From: an uncultured Gammaproteobacteria bacterium
Lineage (GTDB): Bacteria; Patescibacteriota; Microgenomatia; UBA12405; JAHJSD01
DNA length: 64,000 nucleotides
Assembly (NCBI GenBank): GCA_964428655.1
Contig: CAYRYE010000001.1
Coordinates: 312,406-376,405 of the forward strand
Direction: 5' to 3'
The stretch's first letter is position 1. Each line of letters opens with the position of its first letter. Of this stretch, positions 8,770 through 18,670 are shown one piece after another. A program made the position numbers and the translations under genes. The notes beneath the pieces were generated by a model, which saw nothing but the letters and a program-made list of their open reading frames with translations, was not told where the DNA came from and did no database searches.

Positions 8770-10947
8770 ATGGCTCAAACGAGACTTGAGTTGATTAGAA
8801 AACAAAGGCTTAAAAAACTTCAAAAATTAAGAAAATTAGGGATTGATCCTTATCCGGCCAAATTTGATAAAAAGCATACTTGTGGTGAGGTTGGTAAGAA
8901 ATTAGGCAAGAGGGTAAAAACTGCTGGTCGAGTGATGGCCATCAGGGGTCACGGAAAGATTGTTTTCTTTGATCTTATGGATTCTAGCGGCAGAATCCAG
9001 GTTTGGTTTCAAGAAAACAATTTGGGTAAAGAGAAGTTTGAGATTCTTAAGTGTATTGACACTGGTGATTTTGTCGGCGTTGAAGGAAAAGTAGTTAAAA
9101 CAAAAGCCGGCGAAATAAGCATTGATGTTCAGGATTTTCAATTTTTATCAAAGGCTCTTCGACCTTTGCCAGACAAATGGCAGGGTTTGAAAGATATTGA
9201 AGAAAGATATCGAAAGAGATATTTGGATTTATTGTTAAATAGTAATGTAAAAGACGTTTTTCTAAAGAGAGCGGAGATTTATAAAGCAATCAGGGAATTC
9301 TTAGATGAAAAAGGTTTTATTGAGGTGCAAACGCCTATTTTGCAAACACAATATGGGGGAGCTAATGCTTCTCCCTTTGTAACAAAAATAAATGCCTGGA
9401 ATATGATGATGTATCTGCGGATTGCGTATGAACTTCATTTGAAACGATTACTTGTTGGTGGATTTGAAAAAGTTTATGCATTGGGTTCATGTTTTCGCAA
9501 TGAAGGTGCGGATAAGACGCATAATCCAGAATTTGCAATGATGGAAGTTCAAATGGCGTATCGTGATTATGATGATGCAATGAAGTTAACAGAGGAGTTA
9601 TGGGAATATGTGGCAAAAAAAGTTTTAAAAACAACAAAAATTAAGTTTCAAGGAAAAGAAATTGAATTGAAGGCTCCGTGGAAGAGGTTAACGATTAAAC
9701 AAGCTTTAAAAAAGTTTGCGAAAATTGATGTGGATTCTTTGTCTGATAAAGAACTTTTAGCTTTAGCAAAAAAACATAAGATTGAATGTAAACCTGTCAG
9801 GGGAGAATTGATCATTTCTCTTTTTGAAAGACTTTGTGAAGACAAATTGATTCAACCAGTTCATATAATTGATCATCCAAAAGAGTCTTGTCCTTTGTCT
9901 CGTCCACATCGAAAGGATAAAGATTTAATTGAAAGAGTTGAACCCTTTGTCAATGGCTGGGAAGTTGGGAATTGTTATTCAGAATTAATTGATCCTCACT
10001 TGCAAGAAAAATTATTTAAAGAACAAGTTAAAAAAAGGCGAGAAGGAGATGAAGAAGCTCATCCAATGGATGAAGATTATATTCAGGCGTTGGAGCATGC
10101 ATTACCGCCTAATGTTGGTATGGGGTTTGGTATTGACAGGATGATTATGCTGCTTACTGGTTCAGAATCAATAAAAGATGTTATTTTATTTCCGGTGATG
10201 AAGGAGAAAGCAGGAAATAAAAAGAGCCCTCCTATTATTAAAGATATGTCCAGGGGAAAAATAAAATTAAATGAAATATATCAGATTAGTGAGGAAGTTA
10301 GTAAAAGATTTCCAGGTATTCATGTTGGCTGTGCAATCATTGAGGGGGTTGAAGTTAAAAAGGAGGATGAAAACCTAGAGAAGTTCAAAAAAAAAGCGCT
10401 TTCTAAATTTAAAGATTTAACCACCAAAGACATTAGTAAAATCTCTACTATTGGGGCCTATCGAGGTTTATTTAGGGATTTTGGTGTGGACTGGCATAGT
10501 CGTCGTCCTTCTGTTGATGCTCTATTGAGAAGAATTGCTCTTAAAAAAGGATTGTATAAGGTTAATACCTTAGTTGATGCTTATAATTTGGCTGTCATTG
10601 AATCTAAGATTGCCCTTGGTGCTTTTGATAAAGATAAGTTTATTCTACCAATTGAATTAAGATTTGCTGAGGAAAACGAAGAAATTGTTCTGTTGGGAGA
10701 AAAAAGACCAACAAGAATAAGACAAGGGGAATTGGTTTATACTGATCAGGTGAGAGTAATCACTTTAGATATGAACTATCGGGACTGTGACGCGACTAAA
10801 ATTAGCAAAGGAACAAAGAATATTCTTTTGTTTGCTGATGGCGCACCAGGAATTAATATAACTGAAGTTAAAAAAGGTCTTGAATTGGGCTGCAAATTGA
10901 TTACCAGGTTTTGTGGTGGAAAAGTAGTAAGAAAAGAAATTATTTAA
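8770..10947 (+). CDS. lysS: Class II lysyl-tRNA synthetase with a C-terminal B3/4 domain extension
   Basis: OB fold, RYRKRYLDL, FRNEG..HNPEF, GFGIDR..ILFP, then ~240 aa with RPSVDALLRR..VNTLVDAYNL..GAFD. Confidence 0.93.
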   Translation: MAQTRLELIRKQRLKKLQKLRKLGIDPYPAKFDKKHTCGEVGKKLGKRVKTAGRVMAIRGHGKIVFFDLMDSSGRIQVWFQENNLGKEKFEILKCIDTGDFVGVEGKVVKTKAGEISIDVQDFQFLSKALRPLPDKWQGLKDIEERYRKRYLDLLLNSNVKDVFLKRAEIYKAIREFLDEKGFIEVQTPILQTQYGGANASPFVTKINAWNMMMYLRIAYELHLKRLLVGGFEKVYALGSCFRNEGADKTHNPEFAMMEVQMAYRDYDDAMKLTEELWEYVAKKVLKTTKIKFQGKEIELKAPWKRLTIKQALKKFAKIDVDSLSDKELLALAKKHKIECKPVRGELIISLFERLCEDKLIQPVHIIDHPKESCPLSRPHRKDKDLIERVEPFVNGWEVGNCYSELIDPHLQEKLFKEQVKKRREGDEEAHPMDEDYIQALEHALPPNVGMGFGIDRMIMLLTGSESIKDVILFPVMKEKAGNKKSPPIIKDMSRGKIKLNEIYQISEEVSKRFPGIHVGCAIIEGVEVKKEDENLEKFKKKALSKFKDLTTKDISKISTIGAYRGLFRDFGVDWHSRRPSVDALLRRIALKKGLYKVNTLVDAYNLAVIESKIALGAFDKDKFILPIELRFAEENEEIVLLGEKRPTRIRQGELVYTDQVRVITLDMNYRDCDATKISKGTKNILLFADGAPGINITEVKKGLELGCKLITRFCGGKVVRKEII

Positions 10948-10965
10948 GCTAAAAAGGAGGTAAAA

Positions 10966-11532
10966 ATGGCTGATAGAGATAAGTTATTGGAAATTTTAAA
11001 TAAACAGGTTGAGAACAAAAATATTATTAAACATATGTTGGCGACTGAGGTTTGTATGAAAGCTCTGGCAGAGAAATTAGGGGCGGAAAATAGAGAAGAA
11101 TGGGCAATGGCTGGGCTGATGCACGATGGTGATTACCGGGATGATGTTCCGGTTGAACAACAGGGAGTAAAAATTACTGAGATTCTGAAAAGTGAGGGAG
11201 TTGAAGTTTCTGATTCGGTGGCTCAAGCGATGGCGGCCCACAACTGGAGTAATACTGGTGTTGAGCCCAAAACACCAATGGACTGGGCCTTGTTTTGTTG
11301 TGACAGTTTAACTGGATTGATTGTTGCTTGCGCTTTAGTGCGGCCGGATAAAAAGTTGGCTAGTGTGGAAGTTAAATCAGTATTAAAAAAGTTTCCCGAT
11401 AAAAGGTTTGCCGCCGGCACAAGGAGAGAGGATATAAAAAAGTGCCAGGAGAAATTAGGCATTCCTCTAGAGGAATTTGTTGAAATTTGTTTTAAGGCAA
11501 TGCAGGAAATTAGTGATGATTTAGGGTTGTAA
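10966..11532 (+). CDS. HDIG/HD-superfamily phosphohydrolase (COG2316-like)
   Basis: KHMLA, GLMHDGDY, AH, DSLTGLIVACALVRP, KRFAAG; strong SD aaggaggt. Confidence 0.85.
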   Translation: MADRDKLLEILNKQVENKNIIKHMLATEVCMKALAEKLGAENREEWAMAGLMHDGDYRDDVPVEQQGVKITEILKSEGVEVSDSVAQAMAAHNWSNTGVEPKTPMDWALFCCDSLTGLIVACALVRPDKKLASVEVKSVLKKFPDKRFAAGTRREDIKKCQEKLGIPLEEFVEICFKAMQEISDDLGL

Positions 11533-11564
11533 GATGTTTCCCAAGAATTATCATTTTATTGAAA

Positions 11565-11869
11565 ATGGCTAATAAAAATCAATTTAAGGAATACAAGAAA
11601 CTTCTTTCCCAATGGATTAAGTTTAAGAGTATTTCTACTGATGCTAAATATAAGCGAGGAGTTTTTAATGCGGCTGATTGGTTTAGATCACTGCTCAAGA
11701 ATTATGGCTTTGTTAGCAAATTAATTAAAGGAAAAACAACCAATCCGTAATTTCTGTTTCAATGGCTAATGAGGATTGCAACATGCATGGGGCGAATGAA
11801 AATTTTAAGATTAGTTTAATTAAAAAAGGTTTAAAGTTTAGCAAAATGTTTTTTAGTCATCATGCTTGA
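11565..11869 (+). pseudogene. M20-family (ArgE/DapE-like dipeptidase) remnant with a large internal deletion
   Basis: N-terminal part (FKSISTD...TNP, stop at 11750) is joined out of frame to the C-terminal part (MANEDCNMHGANENF..., 11762-11869). Confidence 0.7.
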
Positions 11870-13115
11870 TCCAAATTATATTCGTAAGAATCCTGACAAA
11901 ATTAAAAAGGGGACAGTTGATAAGCAGCTTGACCCCAAATTAGTTGACCAATGGTTGAAAGTTGATCAGCAATGGCGGGAAGTAAATGCCCAAGTGGAAG
12001 AAGTTCGGGCCAAAAAGAATAGGCTTGTAAAAGAATTGAAAAAAAAGCCAGATAAAAAGCAGATAAATGAGGGGAAAAAATTAAAGGTAAAATTGCAAAA
12101 ATTGGAAGCAGATTTGGCAACTCTTAAGCAGAAAAGGGAAAAAATTTTAGTTCAAATTCCTAATTTGCCAGCCGGCGATGTTTCTCCTGGTAAGGATGAA
12201 GGCGAGAATGTTGTCGTTAGAAAGTGGGGAGAACCGACTAAGTTTGCTCTTGAACTTTTTGATCATCTTGAAATTGGAGAAAAACTAGGCCTGATTGATG
12301 TTAAAAGAGCCGGAAAAGTTTCGGGAACCAGATTTGGTTATTTAACCGGCGATGCAGTTTTATTGGAGTTTGCTTTGGTTCAGTTTGCTCTGGAAACTTT
12401 AATCGAAGAAGAATTTATTCCTGTTGTTCCGCCAGTAATGATTAAGAAAGAAATTGAAGCGGGTTTGGGTTATGGTGAGCATGGTGGTTGGGATGATATG
12501 TATCTTTTAGAAAAAGACAATTTAGTTTTGGTGGCTACAGCAGAACATTCTTTAGTGGCAATGCACGCTGGCGATGTTTTTAATGCCAGTGATTTGCCAA
12601 AAAGATATGTTGGTTTTTCAACCTGTTTTAGGAGAGAAGCTGGTAGTTACGGCAAAGATACCCGGGGGATTTTAAGAGTCCACCAATTTGACAAGGTGGA
12701 AATGGTTTCTTTTACCAAACCAGAGAATTCTGATAAAGAGCATGAATATCTTGTTTCTTTGGAGGAAAAACTAATGCAGGCATTAAAGATTCCTTACCAA
12801 ATATCAAAAATGTGTACTGGTGATCTGGGACAACCGGCGGCCAGGAAGTATGATCTTGATTCCTGGATGCCAGGTCAGGGAAAATACCGAGAAACTCATT
12901 CTTGCAGCAATTGTACTGATTATCAAGCAAGAAGATTGGGAATAAAGTATCGAGAAAAAGGAGAATTAAAATATGTTCATGTTTTAAATGGTACTGCTTA
13001 TGCAATTGGTAGAACAATCATTGCCATTTTAGAAAACTATCAGCAAAAAGATGGTTCAGTCGTGGTGCCGGAAGTTTTAAGAAAATGGGTTGGGAAAGAG
13101 AAAATTGGGGTATAA
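11862..13115 (+). CDS. serS: Seryl-tRNA synthetase
   Basis: MLD start, coiled coil, TAE, FRREAGSYGKDTRGILRVHQFDKVE, SCSNCTDYQARRL, LNGT. Confidence 0.97.
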   Translation: MLDPNYIRKNPDKIKKGTVDKQLDPKLVDQWLKVDQQWREVNAQVEEVRAKKNRLVKELKKKPDKKQINEGKKLKVKLQKLEADLATLKQKREKILVQIPNLPAGDVSPGKDEGENVVVRKWGEPTKFALELFDHLEIGEKLGLIDVKRAGKVSGTRFGYLTGDAVLLEFALVQFALETLIEEEFIPVVPPVMIKKEIEAGLGYGEHGGWDDMYLLEKDNLVLVATAEHSLVAMHAGDVFNASDLPKRYVGFSTCFRREAGSYGKDTRGILRVHQFDKVEMVSFTKPENSDKEHEYLVSLEEKLMQALKIPYQISKMCTGDLGQPAARKYDLDSWMPGQGKYRETHSCSNCTDYQARRLGIKYREKGELKYVHVLNGTAYAIGRTIIAILENYQQKDGSVVVPEVLRKWVGKEKIGV

Positions 13116-13122
13116 TTCTTCT

Positions 13123-15795
13123 ATGTTCAAATTTATTAAGAAACTTTTTGATTATAACGAGAAAGAGTTAAAGCGGCTTCGAGGAATTGTTGAGCAGATT
13201 AATTCTTTTGAGCTAAAGATAAAAAAGCTCTCTGATAAGAAATTGGCTGAAAAGACAGAGGAATTCAGGAATAAAATTGCTAATGGAATTAACCTCAAGG
13301 ATTTAATCCCTGAGGTTTTTGCTGTTGTCAGAGAGGCGGCAGTTAGAGTAATTGGCCAGCGCCCTTTTGATGTTCAGATGATGGCCGCTGTTTGTTTTTT
13401 TGAAGGGAAAATAGCCGAGCAAAAAACAGGCGAAGGAAAAACATTGTCTGCCGTTCCCGCTTTATATCTACGAGCCCTAGAAGGGAAAGGGGTTCATCTG
13501 GTGACTGTTAATGATTATTTAGCCAGGATTGGCTGCGGCTGGATGGCGCCGATATTTCATTTCTTAGGTCTTACTGTTGGTTGTATTATTCCTCATCAAT
13601 CTTTTGTCTATGATCCAAAATACAAGGTTGCCGCTGATGATGAAAGGTTAAGCCATTTAAAACCGGTTAAAAGAAAAGAAGCCTATTTAGCTGATGTTGT
13701 TTATGGAACTAATAATGAGTTTGGCTTTGATTATTTGCGGGATAATATGGCTCAAGGTTTGGATAGTACTGTTCAAAGGGAGCGCTATTTTGCTATTGTT
13801 GATGAAATAGATTTTGCCTTGATTGATGAGGCAAGAACTCCTTTAATTATTTCTTCACCCCAAGATGAACCAACAGAGAAATACTACCGTTTTGCCAAAT
13901 TAGCAGCTGAGCTTCTTCCTGAGAGTGATTATGTTATTGATGAGAAAGCCAGAACAGCGCTGTTGAGTGAGTATGGAATCCGCAAAGTAGAGAGAAAATT
14001 AGGCTCAAGTAATTTGTATGAAGAGGATTTTGATACCATTCACCAAATTGAAAACGCCTTGAAAGCAAAGACTTTGTTTTACAAAGATAAAGATTATGTT
14101 GTTAAAGACGGCGAGGTGATCATTGTTGATGAATTTACTGGCCGGTTAATGAAAGGACGACGCTGGTCAGACGGTTTACATCAGTCAGTTGAGGCTAAAG
14201 AAGGAGTGGCTATTCAGAAAGAATCTAGAACTTGGGCAACAATTACTTTCCAGAATTATTTCCGCATGTATCAGATTTTAGCCGGCATGACTGGAACGGC
14301 GGCCACGGAGTCAGAAGAGTTCAAAAAAATCTATGATCTTGAGGTTGTGGTTATTCCCACTAACGAACCAATTGTTAGGAAGGATAGCCCGGACGTGATT
14401 TACAAAACTCAACGGGCCAAATATGCCGCTGTGGCAGCTGAGATTGGAGAATGTCATCAGCGAGGCCAGCCGGTTTTAGTGGGCACAACTTCAATTGAGA
14501 AGAATGAGATGATCAGCCGCTATTTGAAGAAGAAAAAGATTGCCCATCAGATTTTAAATGCTAAACATCATCAAAAAGAGGCTAGGATTATTGCCCAGGC
14601 AGGAGAGGTAGGGGCAGTAACCATTGCCACTAATATGGCCGGAAGGGGAGTAGATATTATCTTGGGTGGAGATCAGTCGGGCTCTGGCCGGAAAAAATGG
14701 CAGAAAGAACATGACAAGGTAATTAAGCTGGGCGGACTTCATGTGGTCGGGACAGAAAGACACGACGCCAGGAGAATTGATAATCAATTAAGAGGTCGAT
14801 CTGGTCGTCAGGGTGATCCCGGCAGCTCAAAGTTTTTCATTTCCCTGGAGGATGATTTAATGAGAATCTTTGGCGGTGAACAAATTTCTTCAATGATGAC
14901 CCGGCTGAAGATGCCTGAAGATATGCCGATTAGTCATTCAATGGTTAACCGGATGATTGAACAAATTCAAGTAAAGGTGGAAGGTTTTAATTATGATATC
15001 CGCAAGAGCTTGGTTGAATTTGACGATATTGTTAATAAGCAAAGGGAGATAATTTATCGCCAGCGAGGAGAAATTCTTGATAACTATGAAAATAGCCCTA
15101 AAAAATTAAAAGAGATTATTTTGGAAAAAATTAAGAAAGAATTGGAATTTGTTTTTGATCGCAGTCTTGATTCGGAGTCAATGAAGCCTTCAACAAAGAA
15201 GATTGTTATGGGTTTTGCTGAAATCATTCCTATTGAAGAGACTAGCGAGCGGCAAAAAATTGAGAAGAAGATTAAAGGCTTGGATAGAGAAAAGACACTT
15301 TTGAAGCTGATACGCCTGATCAAGAATGCCTATCAAGATCGAGAAGAAAGTTTTGGCAGCAAGATTTGCCGGGAGATTGAAAAATCAATTCTTCTTTACA
15401 CAACAGATAATCTTTGGGTTGAACATTTAACCGCTCTTGATAGTTTAAAAGAGGGGGTGAGGCTTAGGGGCTATGGTCAAAGGGATCCTTTGGTTGAATA
15501 TCGAAAAGAGAGCTATGAGATGTTTCAACAATTATTATTAAGGATTGATTATCATCTGGCGCGTCGGATTTTTAGAGTTGAACTTAAAGCCAAACCGGTA
15601 GCCGCTCCCACCCAAGCAATAGAAACCAGAGGAGAAATGTTTGTTCCCGGAGCTTTGGAAGGCCAATCAGCTTCAGCGCCGGAATCAAAAGCAAAGCCGG
15701 TTGTTTCCGGCCAAACCAGACCTGGCCGCAATGACCCTTGCCCATGCGGCAGCGGCAAGAAATATAAAAAGTGCTGTTATCCTAAATACGGTTAA
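13123..15795 (+). CDS. secA: Preprotein translocase subunit SecA
   Basis: KTGEGKT, VDEID, ATNMAGRG, QLRGRSGRQGDPG, C-terminal GRNDPCPCGSGKKYKKCC. Confidence 0.97.
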   Translation: MFKFIKKLFDYNEKELKRLRGIVEQINSFELKIKKLSDKKLAEKTEEFRNKIANGINLKDLIPEVFAVVREAAVRVIGQRPFDVQMMAAVCFFEGKIAEQKTGEGKTLSAVPALYLRALEGKGVHLVTVNDYLARIGCGWMAPIFHFLGLTVGCIIPHQSFVYDPKYKVAADDERLSHLKPVKRKEAYLADVVYGTNNEFGFDYLRDNMAQGLDSTVQRERYFAIVDEIDFALIDEARTPLIISSPQDEPTEKYYRFAKLAAELLPESDYVIDEKARTALLSEYGIRKVERKLGSSNLYEEDFDTIHQIENALKAKTLFYKDKDYVVKDGEVIIVDEFTGRLMKGRRWSDGLHQSVEAKEGVAIQKESRTWATITFQNYFRMYQILAGMTGTAATESEEFKKIYDLEVVVIPTNEPIVRKDSPDVIYKTQRAKYAAVAAEIGECHQRGQPVLVGTTSIEKNEMISRYLKKKKIAHQILNAKHHQKEARIIAQAGEVGAVTIATNMAGRGVDIILGGDQSGSGRKKWQKEHDKVIKLGGLHVVGTERHDARRIDNQLRGRSGRQGDPGSSKFFISLEDDLMRIFGGEQISSMMTRLKMPEDMPISHSMVNRMIEQIQVKVEGFNYDIRKSLVEFDDIVNKQREIIYRQRGEILDNYENSPKKLKEIILEKIKKELEFVFDRSLDSESMKPSTKKIVMGFAEIIPIEETSERQKIEKKIKGLDREKTLLKLIRLIKNAYQDREESFGSKICREIEKSILLYTTDNLWVEHLTALDSLKEGVRLRGYGQRDPLVEYRKESYEMFQQLLLRIDYHLARRIFRVELKAKPVAAPTQAIETRGEMFVPGALEGQSASAPESKAKPVVSGQTRPGRNDPCPCGSGKKYKKCCYPKYG

Positions 15796-16036
15796 AAAGT
15801 TCGAGTCCTTAACGATTCATGACGACATCTACTAATAGAAACAAAGCGAGGTTTTCCGATGCAAAGTCATATTTATATCAGAATACAGTTCCGCATCTTC
15901 GAAGAAGAGATGTCATTTCAAATATTTTAATCCATGAAATAAAGGATCGATCAGAGGTTGCAATTGCTGAAGTGGGAATTGGGAATGGCGTCCCCGCTAT
16001 CTTATCAAGAGAGGATGATTCTGGTAGAATTAGAGT

Positions 16037-16387
16037 ATGGAACAGCAATGGCTGAGAATAGCAATTTTTGTTGCTATCAGCAGCGGAATTATCTGGTGGC
16101 TTTCTTCTAATGCTAATTTAAGTAAAGGCTCCGTCAAGGTGCTGGGAGAAAGAATTGAGGAAATAATACCTGAGCCGATTAAGAAGCAGGTTAGTGAGAT
16201 CGAAAAGAAGGTTTTTAAAAAAAGTAGTCAAGTTATTGAAGAGACGGAAATAATTCAGGAAATTAAGCAGACAATTCAACAAGCGACGGGAGAAATAGAA
16301 GGCTTTCCCGAGAAACAAAAGCAAGAGATTAAAAAAGAAGTTGTTCGTCAAGTTTGTGACGAATTATTGGAAGAGATTGGCGATTAA
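16037..16387 (+). CDS. Hypothetical membrane-anchored protein
   Basis: N-terminal TM plus coiled coil; overlaps the prfB start. Confidence 0.6.
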   Translation: MEQQWLRIAIFVAISSGIIWWLSSNANLSKGSVKVLGERIEEIIPEPIKKQVSEIEKKVFKKSSQVIEETEIIQEIKQTIQQATGEIEGFPEKQKQEIKKEVVRQVCDELLEEIGD

Positions 16388-17487
16388 TGGAAGGGATAAA
16401 AAAGAAATTATCAGATTTAGAGCTTCGCCTTAAGGTAGTTAAAGAGCGATTTGATGTTGAGAAGCTGAGGAAAGAGTTTAAAGACCTGGAGGAAAAAAGC
16501 CTGGATCCAAATCTATGGGATGATCAAGAAAAAGGTCAGCGAATTATGAGTCGGTTGGGAGAAGTAAAAAATAATTTAGAGATTATTGATAATTTTGAGA
16601 ATAAGTTGGCAGAATTAAAAGGCTTAATTTCGATGGTTGAGAAAGAGGACAAAGAAGAAGCGGAGATGGTGGACGAAATTTCCAAAGAAATGAAGAGTTT
16701 AGGGAAAAAACTGTCTGATTTGGAGTTAAAGACTTTTCTTTCTGGAAAATATGATTCCGGCGGAGCTATTTTATCAATTTATGCCGGTCAAGGGGGTACG
16801 GAAGCAATGGATTGGAGCTCTATGCTTAAAAGAATGTATATGAAGTATTGCCAGAAAAAAAGTTGGAAAGCGGACGTGATTGACGAAGTGCCGGGGGAAG
16901 AGGCGGGAGTAAAATCAGTCTCTTTAAAAATTTCCGGCCAATACGCCTATGGTTATTTGCAAAAAGAAGCCGGCATCCATCGCTTGGTTAGAATTTCTCC
17001 TTTCAATGCTCAGAACCTAAGGCAAACTTCATTTGCTAAGGTAGAAGTTTTACCGATAATTGGGGATGAGATGGAAATAGAAGTTGATCCTGGGGATATT
17101 AAGTTTGGGACTTTTAAATCCGGAGGCCACGGCGGTCAGAATGTTAATAAAGTGGAAACAGCAGTTCGTTTAAAACATAAACCAACTGGGATTGTTGTTT
17201 CTTGTCAGTCAGAACGCTCCCAGGAACATAATAGGAAGATTGCCATGCAAGTGTTGGCCGCTAAGCTTTTAAAGCTGGAGAAAGAAAAACTGGAGGCAGA
17301 AAAGACAAAATTAAAGGGTAAAAACTATGTACCCACCTGGGGAAGACAGATTCGATCCTATGTGCTTCATCCTTATAAAATGGTTAAAGACTTGCGGACT
17401 GATTGTGAGACAAGCGACGCCTCTTCTGTTTTGGATGGGAGCCTGGATGATTTTATTAAAGCGGAATTAAAGTTGAAAGTTAATTGA
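16387..17487 (+). CDS. prfB: Peptide chain release factor 2 (no programmed frameshift)
   Basis: SPF motif (VRISPFN), GGQ; continuous 366-aa ORF. Confidence 0.95.
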   Translation: MEGIKKKLSDLELRLKVVKERFDVEKLRKEFKDLEEKSLDPNLWDDQEKGQRIMSRLGEVKNNLEIIDNFENKLAELKGLISMVEKEDKEEAEMVDEISKEMKSLGKKLSDLELKTFLSGKYDSGGAILSIYAGQGGTEAMDWSSMLKRMYMKYCQKKSWKADVIDEVPGEEAGVKSVSLKISGQYAYGYLQKEAGIHRLVRISPFNAQNLRQTSFAKVEVLPIIGDEMEIEVDPGDIKFGTFKSGGHGGQNVNKVETAVRLKHKPTGIVVSCQSERSQEHNRKIAMQVLAAKLLKLEKEKLEAEKTKLKGKNYVPTWGRQIRSYVLHPYKMVKDLRTDCETSDASSVLDGSLDDFIKAELKLKVN

Positions 17488-17543
17488 GAAACTAGTATGT
17501 TAGTAATTAAGAATTCCAGTTAGTGATTTTTTAAGGAGGTGAA

Positions 17544-17996
17544 ATGAAAGAGCTACTTAAGCCTTTAGAGCCGGTAGAAGAGAAAAGAGAGAAGAGAATT
17601 GACCCAAAATTAATTGGCGGGGCATTTTTAATTGTTTTATTAGGAATTGGCAGCGGCTGGGGATTGACTAAGTTGGTTAATAGAGGTCAGAGTGTGTCTG
17701 GCACTCAATTGTCAGTTGAAGAAGGTGAAAAGCTAAAAGTAGGCCAGACTTATGGACAGACCGCTGAAGTTTTCAAGGATAAAGTGTTGGGAGTGATCGA
17801 GAAGGGCGGCATTAACGGCGAGGGTACTCATAAGATTCTTAGGGAAGGGGGCGAATCGCAGACAGCCTATCTAACCTCATCTGTTTTAGATTTAGATCTC
17901 TTTGTAGGTCGGAAGGTTGAGGTTTGGGGTGAGACTTTTGCAGCTCAAAAGGCGGGTTGGCTGCTGGATGTCGGCGCAATTAAAGTTCTGGAATGA
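17544..17996 (+). CDS. Conserved CPR-type membrane protein upstream of ftsE
   Basis: SD aaggaggt; single TM; ATGA overlap with ftsE. Confidence 0.6.
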   Translation: MKELLKPLEPVEEKREKRIDPKLIGGAFLIVLLGIGSGWGLTKLVNRGQSVSGTQLSVEEGEKLKVGQTYGQTAEVFKDKVLGVIEKGGINGEGTHKILREGGESQTAYLTSSVLDLDLFVGRKVEVWGETFAAQKAGWLLDVGAIKVLE

Positions 17997-18670
17997 GAAT
18001 TAAATTTAATAAAGTAACCAAGAAATTTGGAGAAATAGTAGCCATAGAGAATATTGCTTTTAAGATAAAAAGAGGCGATTTTGCTTTTATTACCGGCAGG
18101 TCCGGAGCCGGTAAAAGTACAATTATCAGTTTGGTTTTGGGAGAGATGCTGCCTACTGAGGGTGAAGTTTGGATTGATGATCTTTGTTTAAATAAGGCTA
18201 AACAGAGGCAGATTTTGAGTTTACGGCGCCAAATGGGAGTTATTTATCAGGACTTTCGGCTTTTAAACGATAGAACCGTTCGGGAGAATATTTTAATTGC
18301 CCTGGATGTTGTTAAATACGACAAAGGAGATTGGCAAAAGAGTTTGGAGAAAGTTTTAAAAACAATTGGCCTGGAAGACAGGATTGATTTTTTTCCGGCT
18401 CAACTTTCAAAAGGAGAGTTGCAGAGAGTTTGTTTGGCTAGGGCTCTAATAGCTGAACCCAAAATACTTATGGCTGATGAACCGACCGGCAACCTTGATC
18501 CGGAGAATAGTTGGGAGCTGATGAATTTGTTAAAAAGGATAAATAAAAAAGGGACAACAGTGATCATGGCCACTCATAATTTTGATATTGTTAATTCAAT
18601 GCAAAAAAGGGTAATCAAGTTAGAAAAAGGAAAACTGGCTTCTGACAAAAAGAAAGGGAAATATGAGTAA
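17993..18670 (+). CDS. ftsE: Cell division ATP-binding protein FtsE
   Basis: GRSGAGKST, YQDFRLL, ADEPTGNLDP; adjacent to ftsX. Confidence 0.9.
   Translation: MRIKFNKVTKKFGEIVAIENIAFKIKRGDFAFITGRSGAGKSTIISLVLGEMLPTEGEVWIDDLCLNKAKQRQILSLRRQMGVIYQDFRLLNDRTVRENILIALDVVKYDKGDWQKSLEKVLKTIGLEDRIDFFPAQLSKGELQRVCLARALIAEPKILMADEPTGNLDPENSWELMNLLKRINKKGTTVIMATHNFDIVNSMQKRVIKLEKGKLASDKKKGKYE

Noticed and set aside
15791-15815. GTTCGAGTCC T-loop-like motif after secA
   Set aside because: No acceptor, D or anticodon stems around it; not a tRNA
15819-16055. 78-aa ORF between secA and the membrane protein gene
   Set aside because: No motif or initiation signal; the next gene has its own -10 box inside it
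16387-16470. Programmed +1 frameshift of prfB
   Set aside because: The ORF is continuous with no CTT-TGA slippery site; absence is common
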